NCBI GenBank assembly: GCA_966244395.1
Contig: CBIMKI010000001.1
Span: 1 to 33,159, forward strand
Reading direction: 5' to 3'
DNA: 33,159 nt
From: an uncultured Sphingobium sp.
GTDB lineage: Bacteria > Pseudomonadota > Alphaproteobacteria > Sphingomonadales > Sphingomonadaceae
Every line of letters starts with the position of its first letter. Position 1 is the stretch's first letter. Shown piece by piece: positions 29,457-33,159 of this stretch. The notes beneath the pieces were generated by a model. The model was not told where the DNA came from, made no database searches, and saw nothing but the letters and a program-made list of their open reading frames with translations. Position numbers and translations under genes: made by a program.

Positions 29457-29458
29457 CT

Positions 29459-29496
29459 AACTGGTATGGACCAGTTTGGCGTCAATTCTGTGACGG
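29459..29496 (-). promoter_or_regulatory. Putative PhnR operator (29459-29476) with Pho-box-like repeat (29479-29496)
   Basis: AACTGGTATGGACCAGTT palindrome; minus strand reads CCGTCAC-AGAA-TTGACGC, 10 nt, CATACC, 6 nt, ATG. Confidence 0.75.
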
Positions 29497-29557
29497 GTCC
29501 CAGACGTCCCCAGAATGGCAATGGGGGCATCATCTCGTAACGCGCCCCTTATGGATG

Positions 29558-29850
29558 CTGGACTCCAGAGTCATAAGCCCGGCGCCACGCCTGCATTGAG
29601 GCGAGCTGGACCATGGCGAAGAATTGGCGGCGAGCTTGTTGTAGCGGGCGGCGACGCGGCGGAAGTGCTTCAACTTGGAGAAGACCGCTCGATCAAGTTG
29701 CGCTCGCGATAAAGACGCTTGTTGAAGCACGGCTTCCAGCGCCCGTTCTCTTTGGCGGGTTATTGTGCGTTGCACCCTGATCCTGAATCAGTTCACGGAT
29801 GCGGTCGGCATCGTAGGCTTTATAGACGACACCATGACTCGGCTTTGCCG
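29558..29850 (-). mobile_element. IS5-family transposase 3' remnant (degenerate)
   Basis: Frameshifted fragments KAYDADRIRELI..WKPCFNKRLYRERNLIER..FSKLKHFRRVAARYNKLAAN match IS5 C-termini. Confidence 0.8.
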
Positions 29851-29859
29851 TACATGGCG

Positions 29860-29928
29860 GAGCGCAAATCGATCGGGATGGCGGCGGAAGTAGCAGGTCG
29901 CGCCGCGCTTGGCGAGGTACCTATACAT
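29860..29928 (-). pseudogene. 5' stub of a second integrase-like gene (DUF6538-type N-terminus)
   Basis: MYRYLAKRGATCYFRR, continuing as IPIDLR after a frameshift; lies just downstream of the tRNA 3' end and is cut off by the IS remnant. Confidence 0.55.
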
Positions 29929-30017
29929 AGTCGTGCTCCTGCTACAGATGTAACAGACGCCCGTCAAAAACCTAATTTTTCCAATAATTTCCAGTAACAT
30001 CAGGGTGTTACAGGAAA

Positions 30018-30093
30018 TGGTGGAGCCGAGGGGGATCGAACCCCTGACCTCTACACTGCCAGTGTAGCGCTCTCCCAGCTGAGCTACGGCCCC
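30018..30093 (-). tRNA. tRNA-Ala (GGC)
   Basis: GGGGCCGTAGCTCAGCTGGGAGAGCGCTACACTGGCAGTGTAGAGGTCAGGGGTTCGATCCCCCTCGGCTCCACCA: 76-nt cloverleaf, G3-U70 pair, encoded CCA. Confidence 0.98.
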
Positions 30094-30204
30094 TTAAATA
30101 TCTTGTCGCGGGATGGGTCCCTCGCGGCGAGGCGCTGCCTTTAGGTCAGCAATGGCCCCACCGCAAGAGCATTTTTTATGCAGCGAAAATCGATAGGCGA
30201 AGAC

Positions 30205-30537
30205 TTAATTTTCTTCGTCGCCTTCGTCGCCGGCGTCGACGCCCAGATCGTCGTCGCCGCCCAGATCCACGTCGTTATCTGGCGAGCCCTCGCCATCATC
30301 GACGTCCATGTCGATGTCGAGGTCGTCATCGGCAGCCGTGTCGACGGCGGCCTCTCCGGCCGCAGGCTTTTGTTGCACTTCCTCATAGGGAAGCGGCTGC
30401 TTGGACTTCAGGACCGGCTCGGGCGTCCAGAGATTCCCGCACTCGATGCAGGTGACAGGCTCGTCCTTGCCCAGATCATAAAAGCGCGTGGCGCATTTGG
30501 GGCAGGTCCGCTTCGTTCCCCATTCAGGCTTCACCAT
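30205..30537 (-). CDS. FYDLN acid domain protein (TIGR02300 family)
   Basis: MVKPEWGTKRTCPKCATRFYDL..CIECG followed by an acidic tail. Confidence 0.92.
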   Translation of the reverse strand: MVKPEWGTKRTCPKCATRFYDLGKDEPVTCIECGNLWTPEPVLKSKQPLPYEEVQQKPAAGEAAVDTAADDDLDIDMDVDDGEGSPDNDVDLGGDDDLGVDAGDEGDEEN

Positions 30538-30711
30538 GGGATGCCTCATGTCCTTCCAGAAGAAATGATGACGGCGCGGACAGACATGCCTTCCGCGAAG
30601 TGCCGCGCGCCTTGCCATAGCCGATCCGCGCTGTCAAAAGCCGCCCGACATTTTTTCTCCAAGGGGTGAGCCGATCCGCGCGGAAATGCGGCACGGCCGG
30701 AATCAGGACTG

Positions 30712-32052
30712 ATGACAAAGGACGCGAAAGCCATGCTGTTCGAGCCGGGCGGGCCGCTGCGCGGCACCGTGACGGTGCCGGGCGACAAGAGCATATCCCA
30801 CCGATCGCTGATGCTCTCCGCGCTGGCGGTGGGCGAAAGCCGCGTCTCTGGGCTGCTGGAGGGCGAGGACGTCCTCGCCACGGCTACGGCCATGCGGGCG
30901 CTGGGCGCGCAGATCGAGCGCGGCGCTGACGGCGTTTGGCACATCCATGGCGTGGGCGTGGGCAGCCTCGTACAGCCTGCAGAAGCGCTCGACATGGGCA
31001 ATAGCGGCACCTCCACGCGCCTGCTGATGGGCCTGCTGGCGAGCCATGCGCTCACTGCCACATTCATCGGTGATGCGTCGCTCTCCAAGCGACCCATGGG
31101 TCGCGTCACCGATCCGCTGAGCCTCATGGGCGCGCGCTTCACCACCGCGCCGGGCGGCCGCCTGCCGCTGACCATGACCGGCATGGCGCCGGCTGTGCCG
31201 ATCGAATATCGCCTGCCGGTAGCCTCCGCGCAGGTAAAAAGTGCCGTGCTGCTCGCCGGCCTCAACGCGCCGGGCATCACGCGCGTGATCGAGCCGATCC
31301 CGACGCGCGACCATAGCGAGCGCATGCTCAAGGGCTTCGGTGTCGACCTGCGAATCGAAACCGAAACGGACGGCACCCGCATCATCAGCGTGCATGGCGA
31401 GGCGGAACTGAAGCCCCAGACACTGACTGTGCCGGGCGACCCCTCCTCGGCCGCCTTCCCCATCGTCGCGGCGCTCATCACGCCGGGATCGGAAGTGACC
31501 GTAACGAATGTCGGTATGAACCCCACACGCACGGGCATCTTCACGATGTTGCAAGCCATGGGCGCCGATCTCACCATCGCCAATACGCGCGACGTGGGCG
31601 GCGAGCCGGTCGCCGACCTCATCGCGCGGCACAGCACGCTCACGGGCATAGACGTGCCGCCCAACATCGCGCCAAGCATGATCGACGAATTCCCCGTCTT
31701 CTTCGTGGCGGCGAGCTTCGCCAAGGGCCGCACGAGGACCAGCGGCCTCGACGAGCTGCGCGTCAAGGAATCGGATCGGCTCGCCATCATGGCGCAGAAC
31801 CTGATCCGCATCGGCGCACGCGTCACCGAGCAGGAGGACGGCCTCATCATCGACGGCACGGACGGCGCACCGCTGGGCGGCGGAGACAAGGCGCCCGTCA
31901 TCGACGCGGAACTGGATCACCGCATCGCCATGAGCTTCGCCGTCGCTGGCCAGGCAACCGCGGGCGGCGTCATCATCGATGACATGAGTCCCGTTGCGAC
32001 CAGCTTCCCAGGCTTCACGGAGCTGCTGCGCACGCTGAAAGGCGAGGCGTGA
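30712..32052 (+). CDS. aroA: 3-phosphoshikimate 1-carboxyvinyltransferase (EPSP synthase, class II)
   Basis: PGDKSISHRS, LDMGNSGTSTRL, ASAQVKSA, NPTRTG, ELRVKESDR, DHRIAMSF. Confidence 0.97.
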   Translation: MTKDAKAMLFEPGGPLRGTVTVPGDKSISHRSLMLSALAVGESRVSGLLEGEDVLATATAMRALGAQIERGADGVWHIHGVGVGSLVQPAEALDMGNSGTSTRLLMGLLASHALTATFIGDASLSKRPMGRVTDPLSLMGARFTTAPGGRLPLTMTGMAPAVPIEYRLPVASAQVKSAVLLAGLNAPGITRVIEPIPTRDHSERMLKGFGVDLRIETETDGTRIISVHGEAELKPQTLTVPGDPSSAAFPIVAALITPGSEVTVTNVGMNPTRTGIFTMLQAMGADLTIANTRDVGGEPVADLIARHSTLTGIDVPPNIAPSMIDEFPVFFVAASFAKGRTRTSGLDELRVKESDRLAIMAQNLIRIGARVTEQEDGLIIDGTDGAPLGGGDKAPVIDAELDHRIAMSFAVAGQATAGGVIIDDMSPVATSFPGFTELLRTLKGEA

Positions 32053-32107
32053 GGCGCAAGTCGCCGCGTCGCCCCGGCGCCTGGCGAGGACGCGGACGGG
32101 TATTCCG

Positions 32108-32737
32108 ATGATTATCGCCGTCGATGGACCTGCCGCGTCCGGCAAGGGCACGATCGCGCGGGCGCTGGCGGCGCATTACCGCCTGCCACATCTCGACACC
32201 GGGTTGCTTTACCGGGCCGTGGGCGTGAGCGTTATCCGGGCGGGAGGCGATCCGGACAGCGAGGCCGATGCGCTGGCAGCATGCAGGTTCGATGCGGGGC
32301 TGCTCACCGATCCGGCGCTGAGATCCGAGAAGGGGGGAGCGCTCGCGAGCCGCGTGTCGCGCCATCCGGCCGTGCGCCGCGCCCTATTCGAGCGGCAGCG
32401 CGCCTTTGCAACGCAACCGGGCGGCGCTGTGCTGGACGGTCGAGATATCGGCACGGTCATCGCGCCTGATGCCGATGCCAAGCTGTTCGTGATGGCCAGC
32501 GTGGACGTGCGCACGCAGCGGCGCTTCGCCGAGCTGGCAAAGGACGATCCTTCTGTCGATCCCAATGCTGTGCGGGACGATCTGGTCGCGCGGGACATCA
32601 GGGACGCCGGGCGCGCCGACGCGCCCATGATACGCGCTGACGATGCGGACTTGCTCGATACGAGCGATTTGAGTATAGGCGCGGCCGTCCAGCGCGCGAT
32701 CGCGCTCGTGGATGCTCGCTTGAAGAGCCGCGACTAG
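32108..32737 (+). CDS. cmk: Cytidylate kinase
   Basis: IAVDGPAASGKGT, LDTGLLYRA, LDGRDIGTV; aroA-cmk-rpsA synteny. Confidence 0.96.
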   Translation: MIIAVDGPAASGKGTIARALAAHYRLPHLDTGLLYRAVGVSVIRAGGDPDSEADALAACRFDAGLLTDPALRSEKGGALASRVSRHPAVRRALFERQRAFATQPGGAVLDGRDIGTVIAPDADAKLFVMASVDVRTQRRFAELAKDDPSVDPNAVRDDLVARDIRDAGRADAPMIRADDADLLDTSDLSIGAAVQRAIALVDARLKSRD

Positions 32738-32750
32738 ACGGCTCTGCCGA

Positions 32751-32785
32751 GGCGCTTCGCTGAGCGGGGCGCCCTTTTCGCTTTT
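32751..32785 (+). terminator. Probable rho-independent terminator after cmk
   Basis: ggcgcttcgc-tga-gcggggcgcc stem (two G-U pairs) followed by cttttcgctttt. Confidence 0.55.
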
Positions 32786-32912
32786 CAGCACAGGCAGGCA
32801 TTTGCGGTGATCGTGGGCGGATGCGCGTGCGGCATGCGGCCGTGCGGGCGGTTTGGCCAAAGACCGCCGGAGACAACCGGCTGGCCAGCAACGACTTGAA
32901 GGAACTCTATCC

Positions 32913-33159
32913 ATGGCCTCTACGGCATTCCCTTCGCGCGATGATTTTGCCGCGCTTCTCAACGATTCTCTCGGTGGTGCAGATGGCGGCTTCGAAGGCC
33001 GCGTCGTCAAGGGCACCATCACCGCCATCGAAAACGACATGGCCGTCATCGACGTGGGCCTCAAGAGCGAAGGCCGCGTGCCGCTGCGCGAGTTCGCGCC
33101 GGCCGGCCAGAAGGCTGACCTGAAGGTCGGCGACGAGGTCGAGGTCTATGTCGACCGCG
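32913..33159 (+). CDS. rpsA: 30S ribosomal protein S1, 5' part (runs off the window)
   Basis: MASTAFPSRDDFAALLNDSLGG..FEGRVVKGTI..IDVGLKSEGRVPLREF; AAGGA RBS; not in the ORF track. Confidence 0.96.
   Translation, partial: MASTAFPSRDDFAALLNDSLGGADGGFEGRVVKGTITAIENDMAVIDVGLKSEGRVPLREFAPAGQKADLKVGDEVEVYVDR

Larger units (their letters stand above)
13524..30031. mobile_element. Decayed genomic island integrated at the 3' end of tRNA-Ala(GGC)
   Basis: Direct repeats aggaaatggtgaagccgagg (13524-13543) and aggaaatggtggagccgagg (30012-30031, overlapping the tRNA 3' end); integrase remnants just inside both ends. Confidence 0.85.

Noticed and set aside
1-33159. CRISPR array, rRNA, prophage or anti-phage defence genes
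   Set aside because: No regularly spaced repeats or recognisable genes of these types were seen.

Overview
Alphaproteobacterial, probably sphingomonad, chromosome segment. The flanks are core genes: the gyrA 3' end on the left, and tRNA-Ala(GGC), a FYDLN protein, aroA, cmk and the rpsA 5' end on the right. The left accessory region holds a Rieske dioxygenase alpha/beta pair, small hypothetical genes, and a two-component pair divergent from a MacAB-like ABC exporter with a frameshifted permease. The main feature is a ~16.5 kb decayed genomic island (13524-30031) bounded by a 19/20-bp direct repeat of the tRNA-Ala 3' end, with integrase remnants at both ends. Its cargo looks like a complete organophosphonate-scavenging locus. 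The known-type catabolic core is a DUF5690 transporter, a TIGR03364-like FAD oxidoreductase, phnX, phnZ and phnR. Alongside it are a secreted PI-PLC/acid phosphatase fusion, a TonB-dependent receptor, two sulfotransferase-fold proteins, an AspH-type Fe/2OG hydroxylase and a secreted alkaline-phosphatase-superfamily/PA14 enzyme. Four copies of an 18-bp GntR-type palindrome, each beside a Pho-box-like repeat, tie these transcription units into one putative regulon. All family assignments are by eye from motifs; no searches were run.
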